The notes beneath the pieces are model-generated. The model saw only the letters and a program-made list of their open reading frames with translations. It did not search any database and was not told the DNA's origin. A program made the translations under genes and the position numbers. From contig JBGTBM010000007.1 in assembly GCA_041749335.1 (NCBI GenBank), positions 85,408 through 149,407 of the forward strand: 64,000 bases of DNA, written 5' to 3'. Positions 50,360 through 58,661 of the stretch are shown here, one piece after another (within the stretch, counting starts at the first letter, position 1; every line of letters begins with the position of its first letter). Source of the stretch: Patescibacteria group bacterium. GTDB lineage: Bacteria; Patescibacteriota; JABMPQ01.

Positions 50360-51278
50360 TTTTTCTTATATGGGGAGTAAAATAATTTTTATTATGATCA
50401 TATAAATGTAATCTTTTTCTGAGAATTTTGCTTATATTTTTAATTCTTTCATTATCTTTAAGCAAACAATCATAAAAGCCTTCCTTTTCCTTTATTTTAT
50501 CTTTGGCGGGCTTATGGTCTAAGTTTATCATTCTAAAGTCCATCATATGCAATTTTTCTCTGATTAATTGCTTGGCGATATTTTTTCTTTGAATGGCAAT
50601 GATATTTCTTTTGTTGCGGTAAGCATCATTATCCAAGTGGTAAACTTGAAGTGGTAGAGTTTTATGACTGATATTTAGAAATCCCTCTAATCTTTTTATA
50701 ATATCGGTATCACCAAGTTGCAAACCTTGAAATAGTATTTCATCAAACCCGCCAATTTTGTTAAAAATATTTTTATAAATTAACCCCATGCAGCCAATAG
50801 AGACGCTATTCGCATAATAATTAATATGGTATTTTTTTAAATCAGAAAAATTTGTATTTATGAGATCGTTAAAAAAATTATCATAGATGTAGAGCCTTGA
50901 AAATGGTGTAATGAAATATTTATTTTTGCGGTGGGGGAGGAGTGTGAGCCAACGGTACATTTTTTCAATCCCATTTTTGGGAATCAAAATATCGTCATCC
51001 ATAAATAATAAATATTCAGCTTGCGCTTTTTTTGCGCCATAATTTTTTGCCTGCGCCCAGCAATATCCGCCCCGATCTTTACACCAAAAATATTTAATAT
51101 TTATTTTTGGTTTAAATTGCTCAACTAATTTATCCGTATCAGAATTTCCACCATCGTCACACACCAAAACCTCAAAATTATTTTTATATGATTGAGTATT
51201 TAAAGAGATTAGAGTTTTTTTTAATAGCCCATTTCTATTTCTAGTCGCTATTATTATGCTCAGTTTAATATATTTCAT
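50352..51278 (-). CDS. Glycosyltransferase family 2 (tandem paralog)
   Basis: LSIIIATRNRNGLLKKTLISLNTQSYKNNFEVLVCDDGG; shares KYFWCKDRGG with its neighbours. Confidence 0.8.
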   Translation of the reverse strand: MKYIKLSIIIATRNRNGLLKKTLISLNTQSYKNNFEVLVCDDGGNSDTDKLVEQFKPKINIKYFWCKDRGGYCWAQAKNYGAKKAQAEYLLFMDDDILIPKNGIEKMYRWLTLLPHRKNKYFITPFSRLYIYDNFFNDLINTNFSDLKKYHINYYANSVSIGCMGLIYKNIFNKIGGFDEILFQGLQLGDTDIIKRLEGFLNISHKTLPLQVYHLDNDAYRNKRNIIAIQRKNIAKQLIREKLHMMDFRMINLDHKPAKDKIKEKEGFYDCLLKDNERIKNISKILRKRLHLYDHNKNYFTPHIRKNG

Positions 51279-52156
51279 TTATTGGTGCTATTGGCTAATT
51301 TTCTGCTAATATTATTAATAAATATTTTATTAGCAAGTAAATCTTCATAATATTTTTCAGAATGATTGATTAAGTCTTTTTGGGGACGATATTTTTTTTC
51401 ATACAGAAAACCCAAGTTAATAAATTTTTGTTTAATAAGGTTTTTTATCGAGTTAATATTTTTGCGCGCGTTATTATCTCTGGCTTTAAATTCGCTATAA
51501 TGGTTTAGATGATAGACTTTAAAAGGTAAAATCTTTCTTTTATTGTTCAAAAATCCCAATAAGCGGGCTCCCAATTCAATATCTTCATATATCCTACCGA
51601 CAAAAAGGATGTCGTCAAATCCTCCGATTCTTTCTATAATACTTTTATGAAATAATCCGATTGTACTTATACTTAAATTGCCCTTGTAAATTTTACCTTT
51701 TTCGTCTTTCTCAATATATTTATTAATATTTATTAAATTATTTTGGATGATGCCTAAGGGAATATTTTTTTTAACATGAATTCTCTCAATCGGAGTTACA
51801 TGAAATTTTGATTTTCGATAATTGTATTTTGCTATCCATCCATATAAGTTTCCAATGCATTTGGGAGGAAGTATGATGTCGCTGTCTAGGAACAGTAAAT
51901 AATTGCCTTGAGAATTATTCCATCCAATATTTCTGGCTGTTGCGGGACTCATTCCGCCTCTATCTTTATTCCAAAAATATTTAATATTTAAATATTTACG
52001 ATAACTTTTAATTATTTTGTCGGCTTTAATTTTTCCTCCATCATCGCACACCAAGACTTCAAAATCTTTATAGGTTTGATTAATTAAAGCTGTTAGGCAT
52101 CTTTTAAGATATTCATTTCTGTTTCGTACGGGTATTATAATAGATATTTCTGGCAT
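51275..52156 (-). CDS. Glycosyltransferase family 2 (tandem paralog)
   Basis: ISIIIPVRNRNEYLKRCLTALINQTYKDFEVLVCDDGG; KYFWNKDRGG. Confidence 0.8.
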   Translation of the reverse strand: MPEISIIIPVRNRNEYLKRCLTALINQTYKDFEVLVCDDGGKIKADKIIKSYRKYLNIKYFWNKDRGGMSPATARNIGWNNSQGNYLLFLDSDIILPPKCIGNLYGWIAKYNYRKSKFHVTPIERIHVKKNIPLGIIQNNLININKYIEKDEKGKIYKGNLSISTIGLFHKSIIERIGGFDDILFVGRIYEDIELGARLLGFLNNKRKILPFKVYHLNHYSEFKARDNNARKNINSIKNLIKQKFINLGFLYEKKYRPQKDLINHSEKYYEDLLANKIFINNISRKLANSTNK

Positions 52157-52157
52157 A

Positions 52158-53297
52158 TCAACCTTTGATTATATTAAATAGTTTTTTAATTTGATTATCA
52201 TAATTAAACATTGTATCTGAATAAATTTTAGCGTTTTTAGATAACTCATTTAGTAAATACTTATCTTCAATCAATTTCAATATTTTTTCCGCGATATCTT
52301 TATAATTTTTTTCTTCAACTAATAACCCGGTTTTGTTGTGGATTATAATTTCTGGCATACCTCCGGAATTTGAAGCAATGCCTGGTGTACCGCACATAGC
52401 TGCTTCTGCCAGGACTACGCCCAAACTATCACATCTTCCATCTTTTGATCTTATGCTGGAATGAACTAATAATTCACTATTTTTCATATAGATTAATACA
52501 TCTTGATGGCTCATACTGCCCAAAAAATTTACTTTTTGGCTAACTTTAAGCTGCCGCGCTAGTTTTTTGCAGCGCTCTAATTCGGGTCCGGCGCCAATAA
52601 AATTAACTTCAACCTTGGGATAATTTTTTAAAACGATGGGCAAAGCCCTGATTAGAAATTCTTGCCCCTTCCAGTCAATAAATCTGCCGACGGATATGAT
52701 GCGAAAAATATCATCATTTGTTTTATCTACCTTTGGGATATCAATTTTAATCGCGGGCCGCCAGACTTGAATTTTATCTTTCGGAGCTCCCAATTTAACT
52801 AAATTTATTTTAAGGAAATTTGAGGTGCACAGAATTATTTTGGAATAATCAAATATCAGTGGCAATTTATTTTGATAATCTTTTTTATCGGGGTCAAAGG
52901 GATCGCGAGTGACATCTGCTCCATAAAAAGTAGTGATGTGGGGGAGATTATTTTGAATAGCTAAATCAATTCCTTTCTGGGCAGCCCAGCCAAAATGGCT
53001 GTGAACGACATCTATATTTCCCTTTTTAATATATTTATTCCAAAATAAAGTCGCGCCATCGCTTTTGGTTAACTTTCCCAAGGCCCGGTAATAATTTATT
53101 TTACATTTAGGAGCGTCTTTATAGCTATGAACAATTTTATGGCTGAAAGAGTCGGTATTAATAATTTTATGGCAAAAAATATCAGATTCAAAACCAATTT
53201 TTTCCAAACCTTTAATCTGTGAGTATATCCAGCTTTCCGTAACAGGTAGGAATTTGTCTAGTATTTGCGCGATTTTCATATATTTATATTTCCCCAA
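52158..53297 (-). CDS. Glycosyltransferase family 4
   Basis: Two-domain GT-B organisation; VLAEAAMCGTPGIASNSGGMPEIIIHNKTGLLV. Confidence 0.75.
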   Translation of the reverse strand: MGKYKYMKIAQILDKFLPVTESWIYSQIKGLEKIGFESDIFCHKIINTDSFSHKIVHSYKDAPKCKINYYRALGKLTKSDGATLFWNKYIKKGNIDVVHSHFGWAAQKGIDLAIQNNLPHITTFYGADVTRDPFDPDKKDYQNKLPLIFDYSKIILCTSNFLKINLVKLGAPKDKIQVWRPAIKIDIPKVDKTNDDIFRIISVGRFIDWKGQEFLIRALPIVLKNYPKVEVNFIGAGPELERCKKLARQLKVSQKVNFLGSMSHQDVLIYMKNSELLVHSSIRSKDGRCDSLGVVLAEAAMCGTPGIASNSGGMPEIIIHNKTGLLVEEKNYKDIAEKILKLIEDKYLLNELSKNAKIYSDTMFNYDNQIKKLFNIIKG

Positions 53298-53338
53298 ATT
53301 ATACCAAGAAAAACCAAAATATCAATTATAATTTAAAC

Positions 53339-53370
53339 AAAAATAGCAATTGTTATTGCTATTTTTTTTG
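53339..53370. terminator. Bidirectional hairpin terminator splitting the long minus-strand gene run
   Basis: aaaaatagcaat-tgtt-attgctattttt (12-bp stem) with T-runs on both strands. Confidence 0.6.
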
Positions 53371-53386
53371 TTGTAAATATTTAATC

Positions 53387-56300
53387 TTAGAGATGTTTCT
53401 TTAAATACCACTTAAATTTTTTATAAGCAGCGAATAGAATCAGAGCAAGGAAAAATAATATGGAATTTATCGCAATAAAGCTAAAAGTAAGCTGAACACC
53501 AGTAATTAATCCCGGATAAATACTATTCCAGGCTCTGAAGGGATCTTGTTCCGCTACTCTGACTATGCCGCGTGCTACAAATAACATAAAAAACGGAATT
53601 GCGATAGTCCGCAATGACTTGGTATATAGAAGCACAAACAAAAAGCAAAAAATAGCCGTAAAGTAAACTACCATGCCGCGGCTGGGCTTTGTGGTGTTTA
53701 ATTTAGTTTCAAAACCATAAGGGATTACTTTAGCCAGCAATAAATCAACGTTATCTTTCAGCCCTTTAATTACGCTGTATTTTTCGGATAGCGGTATGGT
53801 TTTTTCCACTGCCTTTTCCTCTTCGGCTGCAGCGGACGAACTAAACTTAAGAATTTTATTAATAGCAATTTCTTCCTGATTTAAATAAACGCTTTTAATA
53901 AAAATTTCATTGGCATTATCGTCTTTTCCTTTAAAGCCGATATTGATTTCTTCGCTGCCATAATATTCAAACGGGATTTCAAAATTGGAAGTAATTTCGG
54001 TATCAATCGTTTTTTCCGCGATTAATTCGCCATTTACTGATATTTGCAGCAGCGGCCAAATATTTTTATCAAGGCCATGAACATTGGCAATGACAGATAT
54101 TTTACTGTATTTGCGTGTGCAATCCCCGGAACAGGTAGTCGGAGATTCTCCCATTTCACAGATATTATTGCCGCACTCAACTTCGCTTATATTATATTTA
54201 ATATTAAAATTATCAATTGAATAAACTTCTTCCATATCAAAGTTTTCAAAATCCGTGTTGGTGAAAATTTCATAATTTTTGTCCGGCGATAGATTATTAT
54301 CAGCAATATCGCTGTTGTAATATTTCGCGATTGAAGCAAGATAGGAATCCGGATATAATTGTCCCACCTCTTTAAGCTTAATGGCCGCTTCTTGGTCAAT
54401 AAAATCATTATTGGCCAAATAATTTACCGCGCTATTTATTAGTTCTGTTGCCCGGTATTCGGCGATAGCCCGGTAAAGATTATTTTCAAGGCTATTTTCA
54501 ATATTCAGATATTGTCTTAACGCCTCCTTGTTTTTCCCCAGAGCTTCTAAATTAAATGCTCTAGACAGATAAATTATATTTTGTGCGTTGGGGTCTTTCC
54601 CATAAAATTTATTCAAGGCGGATAAGACAATAATTTCCTGCGCAATATTGCCTGCGTTTTTTTCTAAAAGCGCGTGATAAATTTGCAGCGCCTTTTCTTT
54701 ATTGCCATTTTCATTATGCGCCATTGCCAGCATTAAATTGATATTAAATTCCTCCGGGTAGTTATGGTAATTGACTATTTCATTAAAAACATCAATCGCT
54801 TTGGCATAATTTTTATTTTTTAAATATACTTCAGCCAGGTTTATTTTCATTTTAGGAACATAAGATGCCTCCGGATTTAGCTTGATAATGGTTTCATAGG
54901 CCTTGGTTGCTTTATCGTAGTCTTTAAGCTCCATAAAAATTATGGCAATTTGATGCATAACATCTGCAATATGAACATTATCGGGATAATCTTGGATAAA
55001 ATTTAAATAGTAATCAAGCGCTAATTTATAATAGCTTTCTTGATTAATATAGCCCTTTTTAAAACCAAAATAATCTTCTTCCTTGGTGGCGGCCTTGTTT
55101 AAATAATGGGCGGCCAGAGAATTAATCGCTTTGGCTTTTATATCTTTAATTTCACCGTAGTCAATAATTATTCGTTCCAGATTTTCTTGAGCCTGTAGTA
55201 TTTTACCTTCATTCGCTAAAGAGTTGGCGTATTCAATTTCTCTTTCGCCGTATGTTTCTTTGTCGGTTACTTCTTTATAGTAATCAATAAAATCAACCTC
55301 TCTGATGCTTTTATATAAATCCAAACTGTTAAATACATCCATTTTGTAATCCCAAATATATGCCTCGGCGGATAAGCCGGACAGGATAAATCGCTTAGTA
55401 TGATATTCCGTGTTGGGAATCAGCATTAATAAGCTAAAAACAAATACTACTAAAAATAATAATTTGTATGATATTTTTTTAAATACTCGCGCGGATAAAA
55501 TAATAATCAGCATTAATCCCATGAATGCAAATAGCAGCCGGATATTATTTCCTCCGGAAATAACGTTGGGCATAAAATAATTGCTCATAATCAAGCCCGT
55601 GTCGGTCGCGCCATGGTAGCCGATTGGCATATGCGCCAGCGCGCCGATAAAAATATAAATAAACATTATCAAGAAATAGGATGTAAAAGAAAAGATGATA
55701 AAAAATATTATATTGGTTAATTTTTTAATGTTAAGGGCCAGCCAAATTAAGAAGGCGCAAAATATGGCTAATAAAATATTGCTTAATACAAATATCAATT
55801 TTGCGTTATATTTAAATAATTTTTGATTATAGCCTAAATTGCGCGCTTTGATCTCTTTGATCTCATCCATAATATTATCATTGGGCGCTATTACTATCTT
55901 TTGGGGGTAATCCGCAATTAACTTGCGGGCGCAGCTATTATTTTTAAAACTTTCTGCAATTATTATCTTTTTCATTCCCAGGCCGGCAATTTTAAATTCA
56001 GCTACGCTGCAGTTTGAAACATTGCCAATAATTACTCCGTCAAAAGATTGGTTTACAAACAGCACCCACCTTAGGTATCCGGGCAAACTGCTATGTTTAT
56101 AAATTTTTATGCCTTGTTCATTGCCATATGTGGTATTGTCGGATGAATAGTTTAGTATCAACTTGGTTGGATTGGGAATTAATAAAGAAAAAATAACCAT
56201 GATAATAAAAATTGATAAACCGGCAAATGCAAAATCTTTATAGCTGAATTTTACCTTTTTTATTTTTAATTTTTCAAAATACAAAAATCCTAAAATGCTA

Positions 56301-57172
56301 ATTAAGATGATCAAAAAAATAATAATTTGGATAAAAGTATGAAAATTATAGTGATAATAAACTATGGCCGGGTTTGTAAAAGAGTGAAAAAAGTAGTTGC
56401 GCTCATCAATTTTATAGCTATTGGCAAAGTTATTGTCGCCGAATTTAATTACTTTGGTATTTTGGGGCAGCTGGATGGTAGCGGTATTGAAGCCCGCTCC
56501 GTTTACATTTATGGTTTCCCCCTGAAGAGGTGAAATAAAGCTTAAGCCCAAAAGGGAAGTAAAATGAGCGTGGGATACCAAAGTCAGCTCTTCTTGATTT
56601 GCGATGGAAGTAATGGTTTTGGATTTGGACGAATTTCCCGCCTGATCAATTACGGTAACATTCGCCGGAATCTGGATAGATCCTCTTAAATCTCTGATAT
56701 ACATCTTTACTTCCGCGATATCTTTGGAAGGCTTAAAAATGAAGGATTTATTGGGGGGACTGATTACTATTTTCCACTTAAAATTACCCCTTTTGGACAT
56801 ACTATAGCCGTTGTTGTCAATTTTTTCTTGCCAATCTACACCTGAATAATCGGCCGGTTCAACCGGGTCATATCCGTAGTCTTTTTTTAGATCAAGAAAA
56901 AATATGCCCAGCAGGACGCCAAAGACCAAACCCAATATCAATAAATAGGAAATCAGAATTTTTCTCCTAATTATTCTTGGCTTAACCCATTGATAAAAAG
57001 GCCGCAACAATTTACGTAGGCGATCCACCAAGGGCCTAAAAAAAACAAAAAACCTAGACAAATAGATACTTTTTAGTAGGTTTCTTAATCTTAGGTAAAT
57101 TGTCGTTTTTGTTTTTGCGATATATTGGCTTATTTTGGCCAATATTTTGTTTTTGTGTATATCCATCTGCAT
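53387..57172 (-). CDS. 1261-aa polytopic membrane protein with TPR repeats (possible O-antigen-ligase/oligosaccharyltransferase-like or polysaccharide assembly scaffold)
   Basis: About 10 TM helices in the central region (residues ~270-590). C-terminal TPR-like repeats (YYKLALDYYLNFIQDYPDN..., AIIFMELKDYDKATKAYETIIKLNP, NYAKAIDVFNEIVNY). A C-terminal TM pair. Confidence 0.6.
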   Translation of the reverse strand: MQMDIHKNKILAKISQYIAKTKTTIYLRLRNLLKSIYLSRFFVFFRPLVDRLRKLLRPFYQWVKPRIIRRKILISYLLILGLVFGVLLGIFFLDLKKDYGYDPVEPADYSGVDWQEKIDNNGYSMSKRGNFKWKIVISPPNKSFIFKPSKDIAEVKMYIRDLRGSIQIPANVTVIDQAGNSSKSKTITSIANQEELTLVSHAHFTSLLGLSFISPLQGETINVNGAGFNTATIQLPQNTKVIKFGDNNFANSYKIDERNYFFHSFTNPAIVYYHYNFHTFIQIIIFLIILISILGFLYFEKLKIKKVKFSYKDFAFAGLSIFIIMVIFSLLIPNPTKLILNYSSDNTTYGNEQGIKIYKHSSLPGYLRWVLFVNQSFDGVIIGNVSNCSVAEFKIAGLGMKKIIIAESFKNNSCARKLIADYPQKIVIAPNDNIMDEIKEIKARNLGYNQKLFKYNAKLIFVLSNILLAIFCAFLIWLALNIKKLTNIIFFIIFSFTSYFLIMFIYIFIGALAHMPIGYHGATDTGLIMSNYFMPNVISGGNNIRLLFAFMGLMLIIILSARVFKKISYKLLFLVVFVFSLLMLIPNTEYHTKRFILSGLSAEAYIWDYKMDVFNSLDLYKSIREVDFIDYYKEVTDKETYGEREIEYANSLANEGKILQAQENLERIIIDYGEIKDIKAKAINSLAAHYLNKAATKEEDYFGFKKGYINQESYYKLALDYYLNFIQDYPDNVHIADVMHQIAIIFMELKDYDKATKAYETIIKLNPEASYVPKMKINLAEVYLKNKNYAKAIDVFNEIVNYHNYPEEFNINLMLAMAHNENGNKEKALQIYHALLEKNAGNIAQEIIVLSALNKFYGKDPNAQNIIYLSRAFNLEALGKNKEALRQYLNIENSLENNLYRAIAEYRATELINSAVNYLANNDFIDQEAAIKLKEVGQLYPDSYLASIAKYYNSDIADNNLSPDKNYEIFTNTDFENFDMEEVYSIDNFNIKYNISEVECGNNICEMGESPTTCSGDCTRKYSKISVIANVHGLDKNIWPLLQISVNGELIAEKTIDTEITSNFEIPFEYYGSEEINIGFKGKDDNANEIFIKSVYLNQEEIAINKILKFSSSAAAEEEKAVEKTIPLSEKYSVIKGLKDNVDLLLAKVIPYGFETKLNTTKPSRGMVVYFTAIFCFLFVLLYTKSLRTIAIPFFMLFVARGIVRVAEQDPFRAWNSIYPGLITGVQLTFSFIAINSILFFLALILFAAYKKFKWYLKKHL

Positions 57173-57248
57173 GGGATGGTATTAGCTGCTTATATCTTTA
57201 TATTCTTATATAATTATAACAGAAAATTAGGCTAAAATCAAGGCTTTA

Positions 57249-58661
57249 TTACTTAAAAAATTTATATTTTAAATTTATAAAACCTTTTTCAAATTTTTTA
57301 TAGATGATGTTATTAAAAATATATTTTATTCTCTTATTGATGGGCTCTTTATCTTTAATATAAACATTGTAATAAAACCACTTAATTTGGTGCCGGATTA
57401 ATCTATTGTTAAAATTAGTATTTTTTAATATTGATTCTTTACGTTCCTTTATATTGATTAAATTATCTTTAATCAGATTGTTTTCTTTACAAAAATTGTA
57501 AAGATCGGTGCCCGGATAAGGATAAAAAACGTTCAACTGATATTCGTCTGGTTGACAAATTTTACATACTCTTATTGTTTCTTGGAAATTATCAAGTGTT
57601 TCTCTTGGTAGACCAATTAAGAGATAAAAATTTAAACGCAATTTATACTTTCTAGCTAAATTTACAACTTTGAATACATCTTCGTTTGTATAAAATCGGT
57701 TTAAAATTTTTTCTCGAATTTCTTTACTACCGGACTCTAGTCCAATATTAATATAATTAAAATTTGCCTTTTTAAAGTATGAAAATAATTCTTCATAGTT
57801 GATATTTGGAGCAATGCGAAGATTGACGCCATATTTTATATTGGGATATTTAAAATTAAAATTAATTAGATTTTGACATAGCTCAATCGCAAAATTCATA
57901 TCTATTCCAATTGTCTCAATTTCAAAATATATTTTTTTTAAGTTTGGGTTAGCTGATGTTATAAATTCAAGCTCAGACATTATATTGTTTACGGACCTTG
58001 CACGAACATATTTGCCATTTAAAACTTTTCTTAAAGCATGGTTACAGCAATAAGAGCAGGAAAATGGACAACCGCGTCCAAGTAGTATTACCTGAAAATT
58101 TTTATTTTGTGTTAGCCATTTACCCCAACTATTTCTGTCAGGAAATGGCAAGGAGTCTAGATCTTGGATCAAAATGTTTTTATCGTTTTTTTCAATATCT
58201 GTTTTGTTCTTTATCCATAAATTATTAATATTTGATATTGGCAATTTTTTATTTATTTTGTGACACAATTCAAGCATGGGTAATTCACCTTCTCCAATAC
58301 ATAAAGCATCAAATGGACTTGTTGTTAATATTTCTGGATTTAAGATAGCATGGGTCCCGCCAATAATATGAAAAATATCTTTTGTGTTATTTTTTATAAC
58401 CTTAGCAACTTTAGATATTCGATTATATTGACTAGCAATACTGGTATAACCAATGATTCTTGGATTAAAATTATTTATAAAATTTAATATATCATTTTTC
58501 GAAGTATTTTCAGTTATTGCGAGAATATCAGTTTTAAATCCATGTTTTTTTAAAAAGGATGAAATATATGATATGCCAAAATGCATTCTGGCTGGATTTA
58601 CCAGAGCCTTTTTTTCTTTATTGGGCTCATAATCTAAACTATATATAAATAATACTTTCAT
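57249..58661 (-). CDS. B12-binding radical SAM protein (class B radical SAM-like)
   Basis: N-terminal Rossmann-like cobalamin-binding region. GCPFSCSYCC (CX3CX2C). 4-nt overlap with uvrB. Confidence 0.65.
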   Translation of the reverse strand: MKVLFIYSLDYEPNKEKKALVNPARMHFGISYISSFLKKHGFKTDILAITENTSKNDILNFINNFNPRIIGYTSIASQYNRISKVAKVIKNNTKDIFHIIGGTHAILNPEILTTSPFDALCIGEGELPMLELCHKINKKLPISNINNLWIKNKTDIEKNDKNILIQDLDSLPFPDRNSWGKWLTQNKNFQVILLGRGCPFSCSYCCNHALRKVLNGKYVRARSVNNIMSELEFITSANPNLKKIYFEIETIGIDMNFAIELCQNLINFNFKYPNIKYGVNLRIAPNINYEELFSYFKKANFNYINIGLESGSKEIREKILNRFYTNEDVFKVVNLARKYKLRLNFYLLIGLPRETLDNFQETIRVCKICQPDEYQLNVFYPYPGTDLYNFCKENNLIKDNLINIKERKESILKNTNFNNRLIRHQIKWFYYNVYIKDKEPINKRIKYIFNNIIYKKFEKGFINLKYKFFK

